Source: the human T2T-CHM13v2.0 reference genome, Homo sapiens
Assembly (NCBI RefSeq): GCF_009914755.1
Contig: NC_060927.1
DNA length: 64,000 nucleotides
Direction: 5' to 3' (one strand)
Each line of letters opens with the position of its first letter. Position 1 is the first letter of the stretch. This document shows positions 12,580 through 24,067 of the stretch, one piece after another. Below the pieces are notes generated by a model. The model had not been told where the DNA came from and did no database searches. It saw only the letters and a list, made by a program, of their open reading frames with translations. The position numbers and the translations under genes are program-made.

Positions 12580-14657
12580 TTAGTCGTTCTCTCGATTTTG
12601 AGGCAGGATTCTTTGACTGGTCCAGCACACTAAAAACAAGCCGATTAAACAGAGAAACATAATTCCAAAATTTACTACAGTGGAGCCCCCAATAGACTTA
12701 ATCCAAGTCGTGGGGTTTAATCCATAAAGATTTTCTGCCACCTGATCTAACACCTCAGCTCCAGGCATGATGGATAAGTGAGCTTGAGAGGATTCAAAAA
12801 TTTGTTTTTTAAATTTAGTTATGTCCAATGATAAGTTATCTTCCCTACCTAGAAGTTGTCCTTTGACCATTTCCCATGAATGATCAGTCTTGTTATAGGA
12901 ATACGGGGTGATACAGAAATCCGAAGTATTCCAATCACACTGCATTTGCATGTGATGTTCGAGACTCACTACCTGATCTCCAAGCCAAATAACAGACTGT
13001 CTTAAATCATTAATTTGATTTGCCAATTTTTGATCGATGCCTTGTTGAGAATTCCACATTTGGGTGGAATTGGCTTGCCAATCATTAACAAATGAGCCAT
13101 TTGAATGGATTGGTGTAATGCCATTCTGGCAGTGGTGGCCATTGCAGTGACTGTAATTAGGCCCATGATAACAGCAATTAAAGTGAAAACAAATCTTAGA
13201 TCTTTTTAGAATTCGCTGTAACACTTCATTAATTAAATGTATTGAGGGGGAGGATTCCCAAGGTCTGGGCAAAGTTACTGGAATCCAGATTCCTTCTCGA
13301 GCTCGAACCAACATTACACTTTTCCTGGAGTCAAAATGGGAGTTAATACAAGTGTATAAATGACAATTAATGCGTTGGACAGTTTGATTATTCGTCCAAA
13401 TTTTGATATTTCCCACTAACAGCATGTAAGGAGGCTTAACACAACTCTGTATGGGAACAGTCAGGTTGGAGGTAAGTAAGGCAGAATGTCTGGATCTACG
13501 TTGATACTGAGAGAGTGGGACAGTAGTGGGAACAACAGACAGAATAGTTTTCCCTTCCCATACTCGCAGTCCAGACATGGCAATTGCCAATTTCCGAAGT
13601 TCTGGGTGTTCTGGGCTCAGAATGGGGAGTATCATATGAGGCCTGGTGCGGGGGGGATAATGCCTTTATCTTCGCATTTTAAGGGAAAGAATGAGCTGAA
13701 CCTCCTATGCAAAGTAGAATGATGATTCTCGTTCTCCTGATAAGAAATAAAATAAGTAGCCTCCAGGCATTCCCTTCTGCCAGAGGAGCAATTGTTTTTT
13801 AAATAGCCCTTTGGTGCCCAGTCTGTTACTAAACCATGTGAGTCATTTTTTAATATTACTGCATGTGAGTTAACACAATCTTCCCAAATTAAAGTTTTAG
13901 ATGGGCCCTCAAAATTTTTAGGGCATGGTTTTCCTGCAGGTTTATATTGAAAGTATGGGGTATCTCCCATTACTCCTCCTTTCATTTGTTTTAAAGGAGA
14001 AATGGAGAGGCCAGAGACCAAATGTCCCATTTTATCTGTAGCTGATCTTTCCGGAAGATAAACAGCCTGGACTTGAGTTTCTAGAGGGATACAACTAGGT
14101 GCATGTCCGAGGCACAGAGGGGGGTATTTATAACCCATGGTAACATTAAATGCAGTGCCTTCTTCTCCTGGTTGAGCAGGGCAATGGTCATCTCTTGCTC
14201 CAGGCATCCACACACTATCGTTAGTGTAGATTTCTGCAGGAGCATCTATCCAGGTGAGAGGTCGAATAAGTGGAGGAAAAGGCACATAAGCCCAATAAGA
14301 ATAATTATGTGTAGCAGGTAAATCAGTGTGAGAGGAAACTGGTGAGACAGAAAGTATAAGGAGGAGAATCATTAAATAAAACCTAGTGTAAGTGAGATTC
14401 AGTGCTGAAGGAGGAAGAGAAGAACAGAGGGATGTTATTTTCAGGCTAATAGAAATGGTGAGATTTTTAGGTTTGTAAGAAGAAAAAGAAAGGTAATCAG
14501 GAGAAGTGGGATTAGTTAGATCGGTCTCCATTGCCATCAGGGAGGACTGATTTAAACCCATTGTGATTTGGTGTGCCTGTTTCTGTGGAGTCGGCACAGA
14601 TCTCACCACGTCTGAGGGCAGTCTCTGACACAGACGTCTTTTCTCTGTGGTTTTCAT
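12580..14657 (-). pseudogene. env: HML-8 env (betaretroviral SU/TM), split into 341-aa and 351-aa ORFs
   Basis: Signal peptide MILLLILSVSPVSS, YWAYVPFPPLIRP, heptad LANQINDLRQSVIWLG, CDWNTSDFC loop, TM anchor; frameshift near 13640-13657. Confidence 0.9.
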
Positions 14658-17200
14658 TGTCAGTATTCACCTGAAGCTTGAGTCTTCTGGTGGGTACCCA
14701 GACAGGGGATTGATGATCTCCCGGTGAAACACAAGTATATCATCTTCCCCACGTTATAATTGTTCCAGGTCCCAGGTATTGGTTTGGGAGTTTTTCCATA
14801 ACACTGGCTTGTCTTCGTTTAAGGAGAATTTTTTGCCTGTATAATGGCGTTTGGCTGCAGTTAGAGTATTATCTTTAGGAACATTTAAAAAAATTAGAGT
14901 AAACAATGCCAAATGTAATTGGGAGTGGGGAGTAGTTAAATCATGTTTTGGTTGTTCAGACTGTTTGGACAATTGGGTTTTTAAAGTGCGATTGGCCCGT
15001 TCCACCACAGCCTGTCCCTGAGGATTGTAAGCGATTCCAGTAATATGGGAAATTCCCCACTGTTGCATAAATGAATCAAAAGCCTTACTAACATATCCAG
15101 CGGTATAGTCTATCTTTATTTGATATGGTAGCCCCAAAACTGCAAAGCAAGAATACAGATGTTTTTTAACATGGGTCATGCCTTCCCCTGTTTGGCAAGT
15201 AGCCCAGATAAAACCTGAGAAGGTATCTACAGAGACATGCACATATGACAGTCCACCAAAGGAGCTAGCACGAGTCACATCCATTTGCCATAAAGCATTA
15301 GCAGTTAGGCCTCTAGGATTAACGCCAGGTCCCTGATTTGGAAGTACGAAGACCTGGCACTGAGGGCAGCTGTGAACAATAAACTTAGCCTGTTTCCAGC
15401 TGAGAGCAAATTTATCTTTTAATCCAGCGGCATTGACATGAGTGAGATTATGGAACTCCTGAGCTTCTTGGATTGTAAAAGAGACCAAACAGTCGACTTT
15501 ATGGTTACCGGCAGACATGGGTCCTGGTAAAGTGGTATGAGATCTAATATGTGTAATATAGAAAGGGTGTCTATGTTGGCAAACCGCGTGTTGTAACCTT
15601 GAAAATAAAGAAGCCAATTCAGAATTATCAATATGTTTGATAGTAGCAGTTTCTATATTTTTAGTGGCATGTACAACATAAGTGGAATCTGAGACAATAT
15701 TTAAAGGTTTGGGGAAATCCTGTAAGGCAGTAATCACAGCAATTAACTCCGCCGTTTGAGCAGAAGTATAAGAGGTAGAAATAAGTTTGTCTGTAGGACC
15801 CATATAACCGGCATTGCCATTACTGGAGCCATCAGTGAACACTGTAATGGCCTTAGGAATGGGTTGATCCTTGGTTAATTTAGGAACCACCCAAGATGTC
15901 ATTTTTATAAAATCAAACAATTTGTTTTTTGGATAGTGATTGTCAATAATGCCAATAAAATCAGCCAAGTGAATTTGCCACAGTACGGAATGTTGAAAGG
16001 CAGCTTGAACTTTGAGCTGATTTAAAGGAACTACAATTACATTTGGATCAAATCCAGAAATTTGAAGTATTCTGCACCAAGCCTGTCCAATTAATATGGC
16101 TATTTGGTCTAGATAAACACACAAAGTTTTTAACACAGAATGAGGAAGAAAACACCACTCCACTAAATCATTATGTTGAACTATTAGTCCAGTAGGGGAG
16201 TGTAATGAAGCGAAAACCAGAAGCTGAAAAGGCTGAAATGGCTGTACTCTAGATAACTGGGTGGTCTGGATTCTTTCCTCTACGAATTCCAGTTCTAGTA
16301 AAGCCTCAAGGGTCAAAGTCCTGGGGCTGCGGAGGTCGGAATCTCCCAGCAGCATAGAGAACAAGTTAGACAGCACATAGGTCGGAATGCCTAAATTAGG
16401 TCTTAAATAATTAATGTTACCCAAAAGTTTTTGGAAGTCATTTAAAGTTTTTAAAGAATCTCTCCTAATTTGAATCTTTTGAGGTCGAATGCATTGTTTA
16501 TCGACCACCATTCCTAAATATTGAACAGGAGTGGTCTGTTGAATTGTACCCTGAGTGATGTGTAATCCAGCCTCTGTAACACAGCGGCTCAAAATTTGGT
16601 AACAGTCAATTAATTCTTTATCAGTGGGGGCAGCAATTAAAATATCATCAATATAATGAAGAATATAGGCCTTGGGAAATTGGGCTCGAACTGGTGAAAG
16701 CACTTGTCCAACATGAAGCTGGCAGATTGTAAGGCTATTTAGCATTCCCTGAGGAAGTACTTTCCATTGATAACGAGCTGCAGGCTCCTGATTATTGATA
16801 GATGGTATAGTAAAAGCAAATTTTTCACATTCTGATTTATGTAAAGCAATATGAAAAAAGCAATCTTTAAGATCAATAACTATGAGAGGCCAATTTTTAG
16901 GTATTAAAGCAGGGGCAGGTATGCCAGGTTGGACGGCCCCCATAGGTTTAATTACAGCATTAATGGCCCTTAAATCGGTTACCATCCGCCATTTGCCTGA
17001 TTTCTTTTTTACTAGAAACACAGGAGAATTCCAAGAGAAAAGAGAAGATTCCACATTTCCAAGTTGTAAGTGTTCAGAAACCAATTGAGTTAAAGCCTCC
17101 AGTTTTTCTTTAGAAAGCAGCCACTGCTAAATCCAAATGGGTATGTCGGATTTCCATTGTAAAGGGATAGGATTCGGAGGCGTGGCAGCGGCCGCCACTA
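14640..17200 (-). pseudogene. pol: HML-8 pol (RT, RNase H, integrase); 776-codon open core at 14754-17084
   Basis: LPQG, YIDD, FTDGS, HHCC (FHNLTH...CPQC), WQMD...KID...VER. TAG at 17127-17129, frameshift near 14770, TGA at 14740-14742. The 3' boundary is approximate. Confidence 0.92.
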
Positions 17201-18205
17201 AAAAGGATAACCTAAACCAGCCCTGTTTTCTTTTATAGTAACTGGGAGGGGTTTAGTAATCCCTTCATGCTTTGGACTGAGACCGAGTCCAGGAACAAAC
17301 CCCATGTTTTCCATCATATGCTGACTGGGAGCACTATAAGAGTTATGTGGAATATTAATTTCAGTCCCCCTTTGTGCCAGTAAATCTCTACCCCAAAGAT
17401 TAATGGGAATTGGCATGATATAGGGCTGAATTGTGCCCTTTTGACCATCAGGGCCAGTGCAAGGCAAGATAAATGTGCTCTCATAAACTTCCTCAGCCTT
17501 TCCAACACCTACTAGTCCCATGTTAGCGGGATGTTTAAGCCAAGAGGAAGGCCATAAACTAGAGGAAATAACAGAAACATCAGCACCAGTATCTACTAGG
17601 CCCTCAGACTTTTTTCCTCGAATGTGTATGGTGCACGTGGGCCTTTGTTTAGAAATTACATTAATCCAATAAGCGGCCTTTTCACCGCCGGAGCCCATCC
17701 CAGGGCCACGTGCCTTATCTCCTTTGTTTAAAACGATATTAGGTAGTAAAAGCAATTGAGCAATTGACTCACCGGCCAGAATGGAAACAGGAACCTTGGC
17801 AGACACGATTAATTTAATCTCATCAACGGAATCAGAATTAATGAGACCAGTATGAATGGTGATTCCTTTAGCAGAGGTAGATGCTCTACCTAACACCAGG
17901 CCCACCGAACCTTGAGGTAAAGGGCCAGTGACCCCCGTGGGGACAATCAAAGGCAAAGAATCAGGTAGTAAATTCAGAAGAATAGTACTACAGAGATCAA
18001 CCACCCCGCCTCCTACTGTGGAGGTGGACAAGCTTTGTACTGAGACAGAAGGAGAGGCTGGGACCCATTTGGTTTGGCTGGAGGTAGATTTGTTTGTGCT
18101 GGGGGTTGCGTTGGGACCGCCTGAAGTGGAAATGCAACATTGGTGTGAGTTTGAAGTGTCCCATTTGATGTTGGGGCCTGGGACCAGCCCTGCTCCCCGT
18201 TTCCC
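17198..18205 (-). CDS. pro: HML-8 pro (dUTPase-like domain, aspartic protease, G-patch), uninterrupted frame
   Basis: 336 codons including the terminal stop, none internal. Motifs GLVDTGADVS, NLWGRDLL, G-patch MMENMGFVPGLGL, dUTPase remnants GRAS and GLINSD. Confidence 0.88.
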   Translation of the reverse strand, partial: GKRGAGLVPGPNIKWDTSNSHQCCISTSGGPNATPSTNKSTSSQTKWVPASPSVSVQSLSTSTVGGGVVDLCSTILLNLLPDSLPLIVPTGVTGPLPQGSVGLVLGRASTSAKGITIHTGLINSDSVDEIKLIVSAKVPVSILAGESIAQLLLLPNIVLNKGDKARGPGMGSGGEKAAYWINVISKQRPTCTIHIRGKKSEGLVDTGADVSVISSSLWPSSWLKHPANMGLVGVGKAEEVYESTFILPCTGPDGQKGTIQPYIMPIPINLWGRDLLAQRGTEINIPHNSYSAPSQHMMENMGFVPGLGLSPKHEGITKPLPVTIKENRAGLGYPF

Positions 18206-20107
18206 TGGTGTTGTGGCAGGGGGTTTCCATCTATATCATACTTAGAGCGGCAAATATTTGCCCAATGTTTACCTTTGCGACAACGTGGGCAAACAGTAGG
18301 AGCAGCATTTGGCCATGTGTGTTGAGCCGGCTTGGCCGCTTGTAAGTTTTCAACAGTGCAATTTTTTCCAGTATGACCAAGTTGGCCACAAGTATAGCAG
18401 GCTCCAAGAGAAGAATTAGTGGGACCAGTTTGGTTGGTGTCCTTCATGGCCCGTGCCCACAGAATAGCTTTGTGGGTGTCTGATCCAATGCCTTCACAAG
18501 CTTTAATATATGCAGGCAAAACCTTGTGATCAGGTAAATTTTGTCGTTGGACAGAACGCATGGCCATTTTACATTCGTGGTTTGCATTTTCAAAAGCTAA
18601 CATACGAAGGAGAATGCCTTGAGCGTGCTCATCAGAGACAGGTTTTTCAACAGCGTCTTGTAATTTAGCTAAAAAATCAGGGTATAATTCAGAGTGACCT
18701 TGTTTAACCATGGTAAAAGAAACAGGAGCTTGGTCTGTAGCGCGTAATTTATCCCAAGCTCTCATACACACCTTTGTTACTTGTTCTGTGGTGAGGGCAT
18801 CAAAGTTTAATTGGGCATAAGTATCAGAGAAACTATTGGAGCCTGTGAGCTGAGCCTGAGTAATTAGAATGCCATTACTTCGATTTAGCTGAGCCTGCAA
18901 ACGGGCCTCCTCTGACCACCAGGTATGAAATTGTAAACGCTGAGATGGGGTTAGAACAGCTTTTGCCAAAAGGTCCCAATCTAAAGGAAGTAAAGTGACC
19001 TCCATACAAAAAGTTTGTAAAACCATCTTAACATAAGGAGAAGTAGGACCATACTGAGTACAAGCTTCCTTAAACTGTTTTAAAAAGGTAAGATTAAGAG
19101 GTACATAATGATCATTTGTAACCCTTGGACGTTAGGTGGGTCTAGCGCGACCGGATAAGTCCATGCGTCTAATCCACTTGTTTCTTTGTTTTGGCGTAAT
19201 AAGTGTTGCACTGAAGTTTGAAGAGTAGGCATCTGAGATGGAGTTGGCGTAGAAGTGACAGGAAAAGCATGTATAGATAAGGGAAACTGAGGGTGAGAGG
19301 GTTGGACCGGGATGAGAGTGTGAGAAAGGGGCATTGGAGGAGCAGAAGGAGCAGAAGTATACTGGTGATTACTGCTGTTCACATGTGAAGAAGGGTACAG
19401 AGAAGCAGGCTGAGTGGATGGTAAAGTGACCGGTTGAGGAACCGAAACGACAGAAGGGTGAGGAGCTGAAGTGGATGGGGGAGGGCCTGCAGAATTATAG
19501 GTAAATTGTACTTTGGTCCCAGAGCCACTAGGTGATTCCAGAGATTTGAGAAGAGAATAATTAGCATATATATGATCCTGGGCTGTGTGAGTCGGGGCTG
19601 CAGGAGTTACATGTGCCGGCTTTTCATGAAAAGAAATAAGATCATCGGGGGTGACCGTAAGTCAAAGTCATCCGAGTTAGACATTGAATTCTCTACATTG
19701 TCAGGTAGGGGAGGAGTAGCCAGAGGGAGAGGCTGATCAGATAACGAAGGCTGTGCCGGAGAGGAAGGTTGAGGAAAAGGTGGAGGATCGTCAGATTCAG
19801 AAAACTGTGGTAACTGTAGGGGATCATGGGATTGGTATGTCATTAGGACAGCAGTTACCAAGGCCCAGTCACCCCAAACAGTGACAGGAATATAATTCCC
19901 TGTGGAGACCAGTTCCTTGAATGTTGCACCAACACGATCCCATAGTTCTACATCTAAGGTTCCTTTTTCAGGAAACCAAGGACAGTATTCTTCTACTGCC
20001 CTGAATAGAGTGACCGTATTTTCCATAGGCACTCAAACACCACCCTGTTTTAACAGGAGTTTAATATAGCAGAGATAAGCATGATGCTTAGACTCTGCAT
20101 GACCCAT
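18013..20107 (-). pseudogene. gag: HML-8 gag, disrupted in MA and the spacer; distal CA-NC open (18013-19026)
   Basis: Myristoylation-type start MGHAES at 20107; TGA at 20033-20035; further breaks to ~19030. MHR QGHSELYPDFLAKL and two CCHC knuckles (CYTCGQLGHTGKNC, CPRCRKGKHWANIC). Confidence 0.9.
18199..18205 (-). promoter_or_regulatory. gag-pro -1 ribosomal frameshift slippery site G GGA AAC
   Basis: X XXY YYZ heptamer in the gag frame (Q-G-N); the -1 frame is open from here to 17198. Confidence 0.8.
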
Positions 20108-20242
20108 AGTTAACCCAGACCATACACAGACTACTCACCACTTGTCAGGGAGTCGAACACGTGTTTCTGTGGACCAAACCGATGACGTTTCTCCGCACCT
20201 ACCAAAGGGAATCGGGTTCCCTCATGCACTTAGGAAAAAAGA

Positions 20243-20260
20243 AAGACCACGTGGGCACCA
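20243..20260 (-). promoter_or_regulatory. Primer binding site, tRNA-Lys-like (degenerate)
   Basis: TGGTGCCCACGTGG begins 2 nt after the LTR; resembles the Lys PBS TGGCGCCCAACGTGG. Confidence 0.75.
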
Positions 20261-20262
20261 GA

Positions 20263-21363
20263 TATTGGGGGAAATTCAGCCAGATATCGGGCAAAATTCA
20301 CCCCTGATATTTCATGTAGGTTCTTTTCTATTTTCCCTAAGCATGCACCAGTTTGAGAAATAAAGGGACAGAGTACAAAAGAGAGAAATTTTAAAGCTGG
20401 GCATCCGGGGGAGACATCACATGTCGGTAGGTTCCGTGATGCCCCACAAGCCGCAAAACCAGCAAGTTTTTATTTGGGATTTTCAAAAGGGGAGGGAGTG
20501 TACGAATAGGGTGTGGGTCACAGAGATCACGTACTTCACAAGGTAATAGAATATCACAAGGCAAATGGAGGCAGGGCGAGATCACAGGACCACAGGACTG
20601 GGGCGAAATTAAAATTGCTAATGAAGTTTCGGGCACCATCGTCATTGATAACATCTTATCAGGAGACAGGGTTTGAGAGCAACTGGTCTGACCAAATTTA
20701 TTAGGTGGGAATTTCCTTGTCCTAATAAGCCTGGGAGCACTATGGGAGACTGGGGCTTATTTCATCCCTACAGTTTCGACCATAGAATACGGCCACACCC
20801 AAGGGGGCCATTTTAGAGGCCCACCCTCAGGGGCACATTCTCTTTCTCAGGGATGTTCCTTGCTGAGAAAAAGAATTCAGTGATATTTCTCCCATTTGCT
20901 TTTGAAAGAAGAGAAATACAGCTCTGTTCCGCCCAGCTCACCAGTGGTCAGAGTTTAAGGTTACCTCTCTTGTTCCCTGAACATTGCTGTTATCCTGTTC
21001 TTTTTTCAAGGTGCCCAGATTTCATATTGTTCAAACACACATGCTCTACAATTTGTGCAGTTAACACAATCATCACAGCGTCCTGAGGTGACATACATCC
21101 TCCTCAGCTTACGAGATGACAGGATTAAGAGATTAAAGTAAAGACAGGCATAGGAAATCACAAGAGTATTGATTGGGGAAGTGATAAGTGTCCATGAAAT
21201 CTTCACAATTTATGTTTAGAGATTGCAGTAAAGACAGGCATAAGAAATTATAAAAGTATTAATTTGGGGAACTAATAAATGTCCATAAAATCTTCACAAT
21301 CCACGTTCTTCTGACATGGCTTCAGCGGGTCCCTCCGTTTGGGGTCCCTGACTTCCCGCAACA
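20263..21363 (-). repeat. 5' LTR (MER11 family), complete, 1101 bp
   Basis: Starts TGTTG, ends CCCCCAATA next to the PBS; AATAAA at 20469-20474 (minus); direct repeat of 11982-12535. Confidence 0.9.
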
Positions 21364-22818
21364 GAAGCCAATGTTTACTCTCCATCAAAACCCATAGTTG
21401 TTTTTTATAGCACTGCTGAGGCACTTATTACGGCCTACCCAAGATCTTATCTTGCTGAAGTCTGAGGCTACATATGATTCATGTTTCATCCCCAAAAGTT
21501 AGCATAAAAGACTCCACAATATAATTGCACATATAAATAGTGTTCCTTGATATTGTATCCTAAATAAAAATATAACAAATTAGTCTGAATGAATCTTTGC
21601 CCTCAAACTGAGTGAAAGTGGCCCATCTTGGTTGCTTTCTTCTTTTCTGTGTGCTTCTTCGAGCTTAGATCCCTGACTATAGCCTGTGAAAGCCCAGGTT
21701 TAGGCCCATAATCACCCCATCTTCTCAAATTGCAATTAAGCAAAGGAGCTTCTCAGAGCAGATAAGGTCTCTTTGATACACCCAGGAGCAAAATGGAAAG
21801 GTGAGTTCTCCAGAATTCATGCAAGCATATGTTCCTCTAATGTCAGATTTCATTTACTTGGTAATTTTGCAGGGAAGCGTCTAGCAGCCAACACCTTCTG
21901 AAGGACAATGTGGCACTGATCTTATGTGAAGCAGTGTTTCCCAACCTTGAATAAATCATAAAGTCATTTACAAGGAAAACCAATTCCTATAGGACAGCAG
22001 ACAAAATATTATAATGTTATTTAAACATTTACAAACACAAATCTAGCTGTAAATATTATACACTTATAGTTCTTATGCAGCTGTTAAACCACAACAAGTT
22101 AATACATCAAATCCAGACAAACTCAGTGAGACAAAAATTTTCAACACTAACTTAATGCAATGAATGATTCTTCTTTGTCAAAATGGAATTTTTAAAAACC
22201 AAAAAAATGGTAGACATTGGTAAAATATATAAAATATGGTGCATGCTGCAGAAGAACGTCTACATGCAGCTTGCCTCCTCTGTTACATGATGACATGATT
22301 CTCCACCACATATCTTCACCTGCACTACTGCAAAATTATTCACACAGTGTGCCATCACACGTGATGTCACTTGATTTTCTCTTGGTGTGAATGTATTATT
22401 TATGTATTACATCTGACTTTTCTTCCTCTCCTCATTAACTCTCAACAGTTAAAATCATATTACTGGATGCCAAACATCAGTATCAAATGCAAATGCAAAC
22501 ACGGACATTGAAATTACATAAAATTGCATAATCAAGAATAAACTTCTATTGAATATGTTTTATAACATCATCCAAATAAAAACACAAAATTCTCAAATTA
22601 TCACAGAGAACTCTTAAACTGCTATGATTATAAATGTAGACACTATTTTAAGAGGCACTGATATGGGTTATGTTTTATATAATCTTACTTTCTCACAGCA
22701 GTGCTTGGTAGATTAAGTATTTTCTGCATTTTCCATGGTGATTGGTATCAATCTGAGATATAATATGATTGTTCCAAATGCTTGTGAGTTTCTTTTCACT
22801 TATCTAAAACTCTGAAAA

Positions 22819-23135
22819 TGCTGGACATGGTGGCTCACACCTGTAATCTAAGCAGTTTGGGAGGCTGAGGAGGGAGGATCACTTGAGCCCAGGAGTTTGA
22901 GACTAGCCTGGGCAATACAACAAGAACCAATCTCTACAAAAAATTAAAAATTAGCCCAGCATGGTGGCATGCATCTTTGGTCCCAGCTACTCAGGAGGCT
23001 GAGGTGGGAAGATTGCTAGAGCCCAGGAGGTTGAGGCTGCAGTGAGCTGTGATTGCACCGCTGCATTCCAGCCTGGGTGACCCTGTCTCAAAAGAGCAAG
23101 ACCCTGTCTCAAAAAAAAAAAAAAACAAACAAACA
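22819..23135 (+). mobile_element. AluJ
   Basis: Diverged dimer with gatcacttgagcccaggagtttgag; AAAACTCTG on both flanks. Confidence 0.9.
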
Positions 23136-23416
23136 ATAAAACTCTGCACAAATCAAACTTGGTTATTCCAAAGTAGTACTTAATAGGCTCTAGACAGTTG
23201 TGAGAAAAGGTAGAATAAGTAGAAAATCTTATCAGAGTTTTAAAAAATAATATGTATAATGAATCTCAATGAATTATTTGATTGAAATGGATTTATATTT
23301 TCACCACCCAATTGGTTTTTTAAGGAGATAATTAAATATGTTAAATGTTAAGGATGTTTTATTTGCCTCCTTCTCTAAAGTTATCTAGACTCACCTAAAG
23401 TTTTTTTTTCTTCTAG

Positions 23417-23628
23417 ATTTGTTACTGAGCTACAAGAGGATTTTTTGGGAGATAATGGCTTCATTGGCCAAGAATTAAATTCTGGGAGAGAATCACCTTT
23501 TGTAAAGACGGAAGACAATGGAAGTGACTATTTGGTTTACCTTCCAAGCCAAATGTTTGAGCCACAAAAATTAATGATCAATTATGAAAAAGATCAAAAA
23601 TCTGCAGAAATTGCAAGTCTCACTTCTG
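23417..23628 (+). CDS. COL6A5: COL6A5 exon D, linker (FVTELQEDFLGDNG...IASLTS), phase 2 to 1
   Basis: Acceptor tttttttcttctag| and donor TCTG|gtaag; 212 nt; overlaps ORF 23445..23663. Confidence 0.93.
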
Positions 23629-23963
23629 GTAAGAAAATGAAAAGTCATGATGGAAATGTTTAAATAGCCAGGATCCTCATCTTTTAACACTAGTAGAAAA
23701 TCAAATAAATTAAGGCTGGTATCTAAAGCAACTTTTTTTAAAGTTCATTATGGTAGATACAACTTCTACTTTTATTGAAATTGAAGAAGTGAATGGTGAC
23801 AGGCACTGCTAGGGAGATCACTGATAGAACCTCTCAGAAATGTCCCTGATATTCTTACCAAGCTTAAGATTTCTCTAGCATCCACAGTTTAGAAGGTTAG
23901 TATGATGTAGAAGGAAGCAGTATAGTGAACATCAGAACAAAGGAGGGATTAAAATGACTTTTT

Positions 23964-24067
23964 TTTGGGGGGAGGAATGGAGTTTCATTCTTGTTGTTCA
24001 GGCTGGAGTGCAATGGTGTGGTCTTGGCTCACCGCAACCTCCGCCACCCGGGTTCAAGCGATTCTCT
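23964..24067 (-). mobile_element. 5'-truncated Alu (3' part of the right arm)
   Basis: About 100 bp of Alu right arm flanked by the direct repeat TTAAAATGACTTTTT. Confidence 0.85.

Larger units (their letters stand above)
11982..21363 (-). mobile_element. HERV-K(HML-8)/HERVK11 provirus, near full length, antisense in a COL6A5 intron
   Basis: LTR-PBS-gag-pro-pol-env-PPT-LTR order on the minus strand. LTR starts TGTTGCGGGAAGTCAGGGACCCCAAACGGAGGGACC (MER11 type). TSD GAAGCC at 11976-11981 and 21364-21369. Confidence 0.92.

Noticed and set aside
14500-14657. Possible Rec/Np9-like accessory exon in the env leader
   Set aside because: No clear arginine-rich motif or supportable splice donor; cannot be called from sequence alone.
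11982-21363. Replication-competent provirus
   Set aside because: gag has an early stop and further breaks, pol has an N-terminal stop and a broken integrase C-terminus, env is frameshifted, and the 3' LTR is truncated.
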